Below, piece by piece: positions 24,336-32,430 of a stretch of 37,088 nt of DNA. Under the pieces are notes generated by a model, which saw only the letters and a list, made by a program, of their open reading frames with translations, did not search any database and was not told the DNA's origin. Source of the stretch: a virus (Duplodnaviria > Caudoviricetes). The position numbers were made by a program, and so were the translations under genes. How positions within the stretch are numbered: position 1 is the first letter of the stretch; every line of letters begins with the position of its first letter. The stretch is from the IMG/VR virus record IMGVR_UViG_3300020045_008681, positions 1 through 37,088 of that record; one strand, given 5' to 3'.

Positions 24336-25685
24336 ATGTATTTTGAGCAACCTACAACTGGATCGATTGCCATAGGATCAACACCAATTTCTGGAGGTGC
24401 TGATACTCAAGTTCTTTATAACGATGGTGGATTTGTTGGTTCGGATGCGGGGATGACTTTTGCTAAAGCAACGGACAGGTTGACCTTACTTGGTGGACTT
24501 ACTGTCACTCAAACCCTCACTGCTACAGGCACAGCGCCAACAACTTTGACACTCACTCCTGGCAACCACACTGCTACTACAGCTTCGACGGAGGTGATTT
24601 ATGGCAAGTTTGGTGCGACGGGAATGACATTGCAGTTGGCGACGGGAGCTTTGACTACAAATAGATTTTGGCTTTTTCAGGCTCCAACGATCTCTGCTGT
24701 TGGAGCGACCGCAATCACAAATGCGGCAACAGTAGCAATTACTGGTGCGCCAGTGGCGGGAACGAACGTGACCATCACCAATAAATATGCTTTGTGGGTG
24801 CAAGCTGGAATAAGTAAATTTGATGGTGGTATTGATTCACCTGGTTCTGGCGGTGCATTATCTTTTGTTGCAGGACTTTCTGCTACGGCAGGAGGGTCAC
24901 AAGCGACTGCAATTGGAGTAGGTGCAACTGCATCAGGTACAGGTGCAATTGCGATTGGTAACAACGCTGTCGCTGGTGCCTCGGCTTCTGCAATTTCGAT
25001 TGGTGTTGCTGCAAATAGTGGTGGGTTTGCTTCATCGATAATGATGGGAACTAGCGCAACAGCAACCGCAGCAAATCAGTTTGTTGCTGGATCCTCAACT
25101 AATACAATCACAAATGTCTTCTTTGGTGGTGGAGTAACCGCTGCGTCTCCAGCGAGTGTTGTTTACAACGCGACAGGTGGAAGCGGGACTGACATCGCTG
25201 GTGCGACTTTAACTCTCGCGGGTGGAAAAGGAACAGGAACTGGTTTACCTGGTAATTTAATCTTCCAGACATCAACTGTTCTTACAACAGGAACCACACT
25301 CCAATCACTTGCTACTAGAGCGACTATCTCTCAGTTAGATGGTTTGTTCATGTCTGCTCGTTTTCAGCAGAAACAAGGCACAGATGCCGCAAGCGCAACA
25401 AATCTCACGCTTGCTAACGATGGTAGTGTTTTTGAACTCACAGGCACTACAAAGGTTGACCTTATCTCTAACGTCAACTGGCAGGATGGATCGACTGTCA
25501 CGCTGATCGCCAACGAAAGTGTGACTATCGACCACGGAACCGCCACAAGTGGCACGAACGTGCAGATCAGGCTTGCCGCCGCTTCAGACTTCGCCATGAC
25601 TGCGGGAGACACCCTGACCCTCTGCCTCTCATCTACTACCGCCGAAGGTCAAGCGTGGAGAGAATGTTCGAGGACTGTAATTTGA
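24336..25685 (+). CDS. Fibre protein with YadA-head-like repeats and C-terminal domain B
   Basis: ATAIGVGATASGTGAIAIGNNAVAGASASAISIG repeats; QVLYNDGG motif. Confidence 0.7.
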   Translation: MYFEQPTTGSIAIGSTPISGGADTQVLYNDGGFVGSDAGMTFAKATDRLTLLGGLTVTQTLTATGTAPTTLTLTPGNHTATTASTEVIYGKFGATGMTLQLATGALTTNRFWLFQAPTISAVGATAITNAATVAITGAPVAGTNVTITNKYALWVQAGISKFDGGIDSPGSGGALSFVAGLSATAGGSQATAIGVGATASGTGAIAIGNNAVAGASASAISIGVAANSGGFASSIMMGTSATATAANQFVAGSSTNTITNVFFGGGVTAASPASVVYNATGGSGTDIAGATLTLAGGKGTGTGLPGNLIFQTSTVLTTGTTLQSLATRATISQLDGLFMSARFQQKQGTDAASATNLTLANDGSVFELTGTTKVDLISNVNWQDGSTVTLIANESVTIDHGTATSGTNVQIRLAAASDFAMTAGDTLTLCLSSTTAEGQAWRECSRTVI

Positions 25686-25689
25686 TCCT

Positions 25690-26133
25690 ATGGCCTCTAA
25701 AGGATACGTCCTAGTTGATTCGACTACAGGATTAGCGGACACGACGATGGTATCGCCGGAGAAGTTTGAGGTCGTCTACCAAGCACCATTAAATACGGCC
25801 TTGGTAGACACCCCTATCTTTGTAGCCTCGGCCGCCTGCCAGATGACGGCTGCGACGGAGTTGCATGGCGTGAACTCTGCCCTCGCCGCTAACGTCCAGA
25901 TTACAAAAGATACGGGCACTACCGCCCCAGGCGGGGGTATTATTCTTCTCACCAACAACACGAACGCTGGATTTGACCTCAATGCTGCGGCCAACACCGT
26001 TCAGACAGGAACGCTCACGGCCACGGAGGCTAGTCTCCAGCTAGCCATCGGAGACAGGCTGTCGTTAAAGTTTAGTGGAACGCTGACTGGTGCCGTGAAG
26101 ACGGTTGTCACTGTCGCCATAAAGTACATCTGA
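25690..26133 (+). CDS. Structural protein: motif C + domain D
   Basis: MASKGYV N-terminus shared with 22827; body similar to 30315..30854. Confidence 0.6.
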   Translation: MASKGYVLVDSTTGLADTTMVSPEKFEVVYQAPLNTALVDTPIFVASAACQMTAATELHGVNSALAANVQITKDTGTTAPGGGIILLTNNTNAGFDLNAAANTVQTGTLTATEASLQLAIGDRLSLKFSGTLTGAVKTVVTVAIKYI

Positions 26134-26159
26134 ATAAATTTTTTACCTTAATTTTTTAT

Positions 26160-26381
26160 ATGCCAGACATCATTAAGAAAAACGCAGAGGGACACTTGGA
26201 GATCCAACCCGAGGCAGTGATTCCTGAAAAAGTTGTGATTACTCGTGAGCACGCCGAACGTGAATTTGCAGAGGCCCAAGCGCAACGCGACCGATTGGCG
26301 TCTGAATTGGCCAAGGCTGATGAGAATATCGCCCAGAAACAAAAGGTTGTTGATGACTGCATTGAATTGGGAGTTAAATAA
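26160..26381 (+). CDS. Hypothetical coiled-coil protein
   Basis: 73-aa ORF, packed in the operon. Confidence 0.6.
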   Translation: MPDIIKKNAEGHLEIQPEAVIPEKVVITREHAEREFAEAQAQRDRLASELAKADENIAQKQKVVDDCIELGVK

Positions 26382-26383
26382 AT

Positions 26384-26716
26384 ATGGCTCGCTCATCTAC
26401 AAAAGTTAGCGTTGACCAAGGTCTATTAATTCGAGTAGATGAGCGTGTGGCTTCACTCCAAAAAAAATTAGATGAATCAATTGTTCAGCTTCAACAACGC
26501 TTCACTGAGATTGATACGCGTATTGCAATGTATGATGAGAAGTTTGTCTGGCGAAAAGAGTTTGATGAAAAGTTGGATGTTTGCAAGGCTCAGTCAGAAG
26601 AAAATTTAGCTGTGTTGAGAGGTAAGGTAGAAGATCTTCGGGGGGTGTTTAAGTGGGTCGGGTCAGTAGCTGGGAGCGCTATAATTTTGGCTATTATGAG
26701 TATTATATTGAAGTGA
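26384..26716 (+). CDS. Coiled-coil + C-terminal TM protein (XhlA/holin-like)
   Basis: LIRVDERV coiled coil then KWVGSVAGSAIILAIMSIILK; directly upstream of the endolysin. Confidence 0.55.
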   Translation: MARSSTKVSVDQGLLIRVDERVASLQKKLDESIVQLQQRFTEIDTRIAMYDEKFVWRKEFDEKLDVCKAQSEENLAVLRGKVEDLRGVFKWVGSVAGSAIILAIMSIILK

Positions 26717-26717
26717 T

Positions 26718-27428
26718 ATGACTCTACCTATATTTAAAGCACCTTTGGAAAAAATGCGTCTAACCCAGCCTTACGCGGTAAATTATGGGCCGACGGCAGA
26801 TTTTTATACCAAGCTTGGGTTGAAAGCGCACAATGGATTGGATTTGTCATCCCCAAATGGCACTCATGCGATAGCCGTAGCAGACGGGATCGTAGAATCA
26901 GAAGGATCAGCGACTTCTGGGTATGGTCTTCATTGCCGTCTGTTTGTTCCAGTTTCTGATACTTATCGACTAGAAGTTGTCTATGGGCATCTTCAAAAGG
27001 TTCTTAAACCTGGGCAAGTTAAAGCAGGAGATGTTATTGCTGAAACTGACAACACTGGTTATTCAACTGGCCCCCATCTTCATTTTGGTGTGCGCCCACA
27101 AACTAGATTGATTGGAGGTACTTGGAAAATTGTTGACCAAGACAACGGATACTTCGGATATGTCGATCCGATGAAGTATTTTCCTTCCGATGTCTTTGCA
27201 CTTCCAGTGGATAAGGGGTATGGCAACACTAACCCACCATCAGTAATTTCATTCGCGCCTGCTTACATTTATTTTTTGCAGACGCAAAAACGCGCGCCTT
27301 CATTTAGAGAATATAGGGGCTTGAGGTATGGGTATTGGCCACTTCGCGATATATTAGATCCAGCCATGTTTACTATTTGGGCGGAGATGACTTATCCAGC
27401 CGCTAAGAAAAAAGGAATAGTTAAATAA
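26718..27428 (+). CDS. M23 family metallopeptidase (endolysin)
   Basis: HNGLD (HxxxD), YGHL, GYSTGPHLHF (HxH). Confidence 0.9.
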   Translation: MTLPIFKAPLEKMRLTQPYAVNYGPTADFYTKLGLKAHNGLDLSSPNGTHAIAVADGIVESEGSATSGYGLHCRLFVPVSDTYRLEVVYGHLQKVLKPGQVKAGDVIAETDNTGYSTGPHLHFGVRPQTRLIGGTWKIVDQDNGYFGYVDPMKYFPSDVFALPVDKGYGNTNPPSVISFAPAYIYFLQTQKRAPSFREYRGLRYGYWPLRDILDPAMFTIWAEMTYPAAKKKGIVK

Positions 27429-27429
27429 T

Positions 27430-27789
27430 ATGGTTACTAAGAAACGCGTCAGAAAATTAAAAACAGAGCCAGTATCTGTCACCAGCTCTTACACCATTGA
27501 TAATGTCGAGTTGCCAGTCGGTGAAACTATACACGCCACAATGGTGACGGCAGGTGAAGCTAAGGTTTTGCAAGATAATGAAAAGTTGAGTCGTCAACGT
27601 CACGCTAAGGAGATTCTTTGGAAAGTGGCAAAAAGCGTGATGATCGCTGGTTCGGCTGCGTTGATTACTTTCGTTCTCCAACAGTTGGAGTTAAAGGCAG
27701 CTCAAGAACACCCGGAAGCCATGCAGGCGGTGTTGTCAGTGGTAGTTGCAATGTTGAAAGCCATAATTTCCGCGCTCACTAAGCTGTAA
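27430..27789 (+). CDS. Holin candidate (two hydrophobic segments)
   Basis: SVMIAGSAALITFVL and AVLSVVVAMLKAIISAL; follows the endolysin. Confidence 0.5.
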   Translation: MVTKKRVRKLKTEPVSVTSSYTIDNVELPVGETIHATMVTAGEAKVLQDNEKLSRQRHAKEILWKVAKSVMIAGSAALITFVLQQLELKAAQEHPEAMQAVLSVVVAMLKAIISALTKL

Positions 27790-27793
27790 TTTT

Positions 27794-28696
27794 ATGAAAA
27801 GTTTTTCCGGAATGAGAAACCAAGCTGGATCATTAGCCATCAATAATTCATCAACCAATTTAACATTGATGGATGAATTAATTAATGACTCCCTTCGTAA
27901 TATCTACGCGATGGGCGACTGGGATTTTTTAGAGAAAACAGCGACGGCTTCGACGGTAGCGAGTCAACAATTTTACACGTTACCTTTCGACTACTCCAAG
28001 CTTAAAGGGGTTACGGTGACAATCGGAAATTTTATTTACACCCCCAAAGAAGTCCCGAACCGTGAGATATGGGATCGGTTGAATGAGTCTTCCACCACGT
28101 CAGACATTCCCGAATTCTTCTTTGTTTTTAATGGTCAGTTGGGATTTTTCCCAAAACCTGCTTCGTCTACTGCCTCGGCGATTACTTATATCTACCGTCG
28201 GCAAGCACCTGACTTAAATATTGCTGATTTTACTACAGGCAACGTCACAGCACTTACCAGTGGCTCAACAACGGTTACTGGTACTGCGACATCATGGACG
28301 GTGCCGATGGCCGGTCGGTTCATGCGTATAACACGCACTAGCACGGCTGCAGCTACAGGAGACGGAATGTGGTATGAAATTGCCTCGGTTGGTAGCAGTA
28401 CATCCATCACCTTATCCAAGGCTTATAATGGCACCACGATTAGCGGAGCGACGGCTTATATAATCGGTCAAATGTCTTTCTTGCCTGAAGAACATCAGAA
28501 TCTTCCGGTTTATTGGGCATTGCAGATTTATTTTACTTCCGTTCAATCAGAGCCAGTACGGGCGCAGATGTACGCGAAATTGTACGAGCAGGGAATTGAG
28601 CGGCTCAAGGCTGACCATTTAGACAAGACACATAACGTGGTTGTCGAGGATTTACATGTGGGATTTATCAACCCTAATACCCACATAACCCTCTAA
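27794..28696 (+). CDS. Head-tail adaptor / tail tubular protein A-like, with an inserted beta domain
   Basis: LIND...WDFLE...YTLP.D...P..FF....LGFFPKP...IY.R adaptor pattern; insert GNVTALTSGSTTVTGTATSW...WYEIASV...ITL. Confidence 0.7.
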   Translation: MKSFSGMRNQAGSLAINNSSTNLTLMDELINDSLRNIYAMGDWDFLEKTATASTVASQQFYTLPFDYSKLKGVTVTIGNFIYTPKEVPNREIWDRLNESSTTSDIPEFFFVFNGQLGFFPKPASSTASAITYIYRRQAPDLNIADFTTGNVTALTSGSTTVTGTATSWTVPMAGRFMRITRTSTAAATGDGMWYEIASVGSSTSITLSKAYNGTTISGATAYIIGQMSFLPEEHQNLPVYWALQIYFTSVQSEPVRAQMYAKLYEQGIERLKADHLDKTHNVVVEDLHVGFINPNTHITL

Positions 28697-28698
28697 AT

Positions 28699-30312
28699 AT
28701 GGCGACCAAACTAATAACAGTTGATTCAATTATTGGCGGGTTTGCTAAGTCTTCGTATTACGCGAGGCCCGATGAGTTTGCTTACTCTCAAGCACTCGAC
28801 CCAGATTTAAACGTCAACGGTGTTGATGGGATTGTTCAATCGTCGGGGATGTTGTGTCCGATTGGTTATGCCAAATTTTCTGGTTCAAATGTTACAGCTG
28901 CCACAGTCGCCATTATCACCAACCCTAAAGATGCGTTGGTATATGTTGTTTTAAGTAATGGACGATTGATAAGTTATGTTGGTTCTACATTGGCAACTGA
29001 AACTTTGATTGGGACGGTGACTGGGGGTAATGCTCAGGGTGCTGCCTACTACAACAATTACATTTATATATTTGGTACGGGTGCGAGTAAGGACGATGTG
29101 TCACGGTATGGGCCTCTAAACAACTCACCAACACTTGTTGATAACGTGTGGAAGGGTGCAACTCTAGGTACACAATCAGCTTTAACAAACACTACTTATC
29201 CTGCAATTTCGGGGACAACTTTAATTTGGAATCATTGGGCTAAAGTACACACTGACAACGCTTTATATTTTTGTGATGTTGTTAATGGAGCGGGTGTCAT
29301 TCACAAAATTAAGACAAGTAAAACAACTGACGAAGGTGACACTAATAATGGGTCATCGTTTAATGTCCTTGATTTACCGGCTGGATATTTTCCTACTGCG
29401 ATTGAGTCATTTACTACTGACTTAGCTATTTTAGCTATCCCCTCATTAAACTCTGCATTAATTCAAGGTAATGCCGTTTTGTTTCTTTGGGATACCGTGG
29501 CTGATTCTTTTTATCGACAAGTAGCCATTCCTGACACTTGGGGAACCGCACTATTGAACCACAACGGGGTTTTAAAAATTTGGAGTGGTGGTCAAAATAC
29601 TAAAACTCGCGTTTCTTCTTATTATGGTGGAACGTCAATTACAGAAATAGCATCAATGGAATTAGGCTCGCCTCCTTTAGCGGGTGCGGTAGATTCAGTT
29701 GGTGGGCGTGTAGTATTTGCTGGAATTTTTGGGCTAACCCCTACGGGTAGTGAGGGTCAAGTGTACGCGATTGGTAGTAATAAATTTGCTTTACCCTTAG
29801 GTCTTCATGGTATAGCTCAAAGTTCAGACGCTGAGGCCACCGTATTAACGGCGGTAAAGTATGTAAAATCAATCACCATCGCCCCCTCAGTTTACTCAAG
29901 TTACCCCCAATTAATATTTGGGTTTACTTCCGGGTCATCATTTGGGTTAGATAAGGAAGCTAGCACAGCAACTAGCACAGCTGTTTATCTATCTACTTAT
30001 TTTAAAGTTGGGTCACCGTTCACAATTAAAAAAATGAGGCTAGCCTTTGATCGTGATTTGTCGGCTGACACATCTTTGGTTCTAAACTTTTTTTTGGATG
30101 GTAGCCAAGATTCGTCAGCAAGTTTTACAGTTGATAGTTTCTCCAATTCTGGTAAGTGCGCCGTTGTTCAATTTCCCACAAGTGGAACGACACAAGTTAG
30201 AGGTGTTAACGACTTTTGTTTTAGAATCCGTTGGAATGCTAGTAAAGGGCCAAACATTTTACTACCAATTAAGATTGAGCTGGAAGTAGAGGACTGGCTA
30301 ATATCTGCTTAA
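28699..30312 (+). CDS. Tail nozzle/stabilisation protein (P22 gp10 / T7 gp12-like position)
   Basis: 537-aa beta-propeller-like composition; follows the adaptor. Confidence 0.6.
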   Translation: MATKLITVDSIIGGFAKSSYYARPDEFAYSQALDPDLNVNGVDGIVQSSGMLCPIGYAKFSGSNVTAATVAIITNPKDALVYVVLSNGRLISYVGSTLATETLIGTVTGGNAQGAAYYNNYIYIFGTGASKDDVSRYGPLNNSPTLVDNVWKGATLGTQSALTNTTYPAISGTTLIWNHWAKVHTDNALYFCDVVNGAGVIHKIKTSKTTDEGDTNNGSSFNVLDLPAGYFPTAIESFTTDLAILAIPSLNSALIQGNAVLFLWDTVADSFYRQVAIPDTWGTALLNHNGVLKIWSGGQNTKTRVSSYYGGTSITEIASMELGSPPLAGAVDSVGGRVVFAGIFGLTPTGSEGQVYAIGSNKFALPLGLHGIAQSSDAEATVLTAVKYVKSITIAPSVYSSYPQLIFGFTSGSSFGLDKEASTATSTAVYLSTYFKVGSPFTIKKMRLAFDRDLSADTSLVLNFFLDGSQDSSASFTVDSFSNSGKCAVVQFPTSGTTQVRGVNDFCFRIRWNASKGPNILLPIKIELEVEDWLISA

Positions 30313-30314
30313 AT

Positions 30315-30854
30315 ATGGAAGTTTTTAAGCAATATCAAATTCCAGATCCAGAAGTGACCATCAAAACCGATGATGACGTTCGTCGTGTTGTTCAATCAAT
30401 GGCTGGCGAAGAAACTAATACTTCTGAAATTCATGTAGACAAACAAAACGGTTTCTTCGGTGTAACTCTCCCGATCATCACCAATCTTCCAGGCACCACT
30501 GCTCAAACCGCCGCCAACTTCACAACACCTTTCTTCATCGCTCAGCGTTCCTACGAAGTCATTAAAATAACTGAACGACACGAAACAGCAGGATCGGATG
30601 CAGGAGCCGTTACATTACAACTAGTAAAAGTACCATCCGGCACGGCTCCGGCGTCAGGTCTAAGTGTAATGAGTGCCACGCTTAGTCTAAAAACAACAGC
30701 CAATACCAACCAATTCGGGGCTATTTCTCAAGTCATTACCAGCTCGGTAGCGGATCGAGTTTTGGTTGCGGGTGATTCGTTGGCTCTGGTCTCCTCTGGT
30801 ACGCTAACAGCGTTAGTAGGTGTCACGGTTTCCGTGCTTCTAAAGGCGATTTAA
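30315..30854 (+). CDS. Structural protein with domain D
   Basis: TPFFIA...TERH...GTAP.SG...AN T.Q.G...GDSLALVSSGTLT...LKAI, similar to 25690..26133. Confidence 0.6.
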   Translation: MEVFKQYQIPDPEVTIKTDDDVRRVVQSMAGEETNTSEIHVDKQNGFFGVTLPIITNLPGTTAQTAANFTTPFFIAQRSYEVIKITERHETAGSDAGAVTLQLVKVPSGTAPASGLSVMSATLSLKTTANTNQFGAISQVITSSVADRVLVAGDSLALVSSGTLTALVGVTVSVLLKAI

Positions 30855-30862
30855 TTTTTTAT

Positions 30863-32428
30863 ATGCCAGACTTATATAATACAGATCCGAATAAAATTAA
30901 CCCGAATCCTTTTGGGATGACCGCTCCAGGGACTGTTAAATGGATCAATCCTGATACCAAAAAATTAGAGTACGGTGACGTGCAAAAACATGGTTATGTT
31001 TATAGCACAGCCGATACACAAGCTGATATTGATCGAGTGTCCAACGATCCTAACATTGCTTGGAAAGATTTCAATCAAAATCTTTTTAATGCCTGGCAGG
31101 AAAGTAGGAGCGCAGCTGCACGGGGTGTAGCACCTGACGCTGGATTGATGGCTAAAGCCCCACAAGCTGCAGCCATGCCACTGCCTCAGGATCGGGTGAC
31201 ACAAAATAATTTTGTTGCGCCACCAGCGGTACCAACAGGTCAACCTTCTACCTCATCCGGTCAGATTTTTGCAATGTCCAACGATCCTAACTTACGCAAA
31301 TTAGGGCCAAAAGAGTTTGAGGGATTGCGTCTACAAAACAACGTCGCCGAGCATAACTTTGACAAATATTTTGCCCGTGATGCTCAAGGTAACATTTACC
31401 TTAAAAAGAACGCCCCTGGGCCAGCACAAGCCGGTCAGCCTGGGAATACGCCGCCTGGAGCGCAACCTAGTCAAAGTGGCTACGATCAATCCCAAGGGGT
31501 GACACAAGGGCAGTCAGGCACAGCTAACGATTATGGACAGGCTACCGCTCAAACAGCTCAACAGTCTCAATATGAGCGCCAGCTTCAAGCTCTCTACGAT
31601 GAGATCGCTAAGGGTCAAGCCCCAACCTCAGAGGAAATGGATGCACAAAAACAGTTAGATAACTTAATGGAAAGTGAGACATTGGGATTGAATAAGATTC
31701 GGGATCAAGCAATTCCAATGAATTTCTTGACTGGTCAATCTGCTGCTTTGCAGCGTCAAGCTTTGGCTCTACAGGAACCCTTGAAGAATCGTCTCGCACG
31801 ACTACAAGCTCAACGGGCTGGAGCGATGGAGGTTAGTAAAACTAAATTGAGTGCGGCGGAAAGGATGAAAGAATTGCGTGACCAGCAAAATCAAGGTAGT
31901 CAAATGGGCAAACCAATTGAAATTGGTGGTTCTTTAGTGCAGTTCAACCCTCAGACAGGTCAGTATGAGATTGTTTATCAAGGTCAACAGGAAAAGAAAT
32001 ATGCGCCTGGAGCGATAGGTGAGTATCAGTTTGCAAAAGAGAATGGTTATGAAGGGAGTTTTAATGACTACCAGAATTTGGACGCCAACCGTAAGCAGGC
32101 GATAGCTCGAGCTGGACGGTCATCGTCTGGCAGTAGCAGCTCTGGAAGCTCCACCAAACTCCAAACTACCGACGCTCTACGAAACACCATGCAATCTATA
32201 GCGGATGAGTATAACGGTGTACCGGCCAATATGTACGCTGAACAACGAGCGCGGGCTAAGGATAAGGTTGGGTTTGATTTGAGCTATGCGGGGATGTTGC
32301 AGAAAGGTGATCCTGGGATTCAGGCGGCTTGGTTAAAGGCGATTGGTCAGAGTGTCCCAAAGGCCACAGCGTCTAGTGGATTTAGTTTCTCGAAAGCCGA
32401 TTTAGAGGCGGCAATGGATAATGAATAA
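30863..32428 (+). CDS. Internal virion/ejection protein (putative)
   Basis: Q/A/G-rich and helical; AIPMNFLTGQ and IGEYQFAKENGY.GSF.DYQ..DANRK motifs; podovirus position. Confidence 0.55.
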   Translation: MPDLYNTDPNKINPNPFGMTAPGTVKWINPDTKKLEYGDVQKHGYVYSTADTQADIDRVSNDPNIAWKDFNQNLFNAWQESRSAAARGVAPDAGLMAKAPQAAAMPLPQDRVTQNNFVAPPAVPTGQPSTSSGQIFAMSNDPNLRKLGPKEFEGLRLQNNVAEHNFDKYFARDAQGNIYLKKNAPGPAQAGQPGNTPPGAQPSQSGYDQSQGVTQGQSGTANDYGQATAQTAQQSQYERQLQALYDEIAKGQAPTSEEMDAQKQLDNLMESETLGLNKIRDQAIPMNFLTGQSAALQRQALALQEPLKNRLARLQAQRAGAMEVSKTKLSAAERMKELRDQQNQGSQMGKPIEIGGSLVQFNPQTGQYEIVYQGQQEKKYAPGAIGEYQFAKENGYEGSFNDYQNLDANRKQAIARAGRSSSGSSSSGSSTKLQTTDALRNTMQSIADEYNGVPANMYAEQRARAKDKVGFDLSYAGMLQKGDPGIQAAWLKAIGQSVPKATASSGFSFSKADLEAAMDNE

Positions 32429-32430
32429 GT

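Noticed and set aside
22343-25685. Duplicated domain B as a DGR template/variable repeat pair
   Set aside because: No reverse transcriptase was found, both copies are coding, and differences are not confined to adenines.
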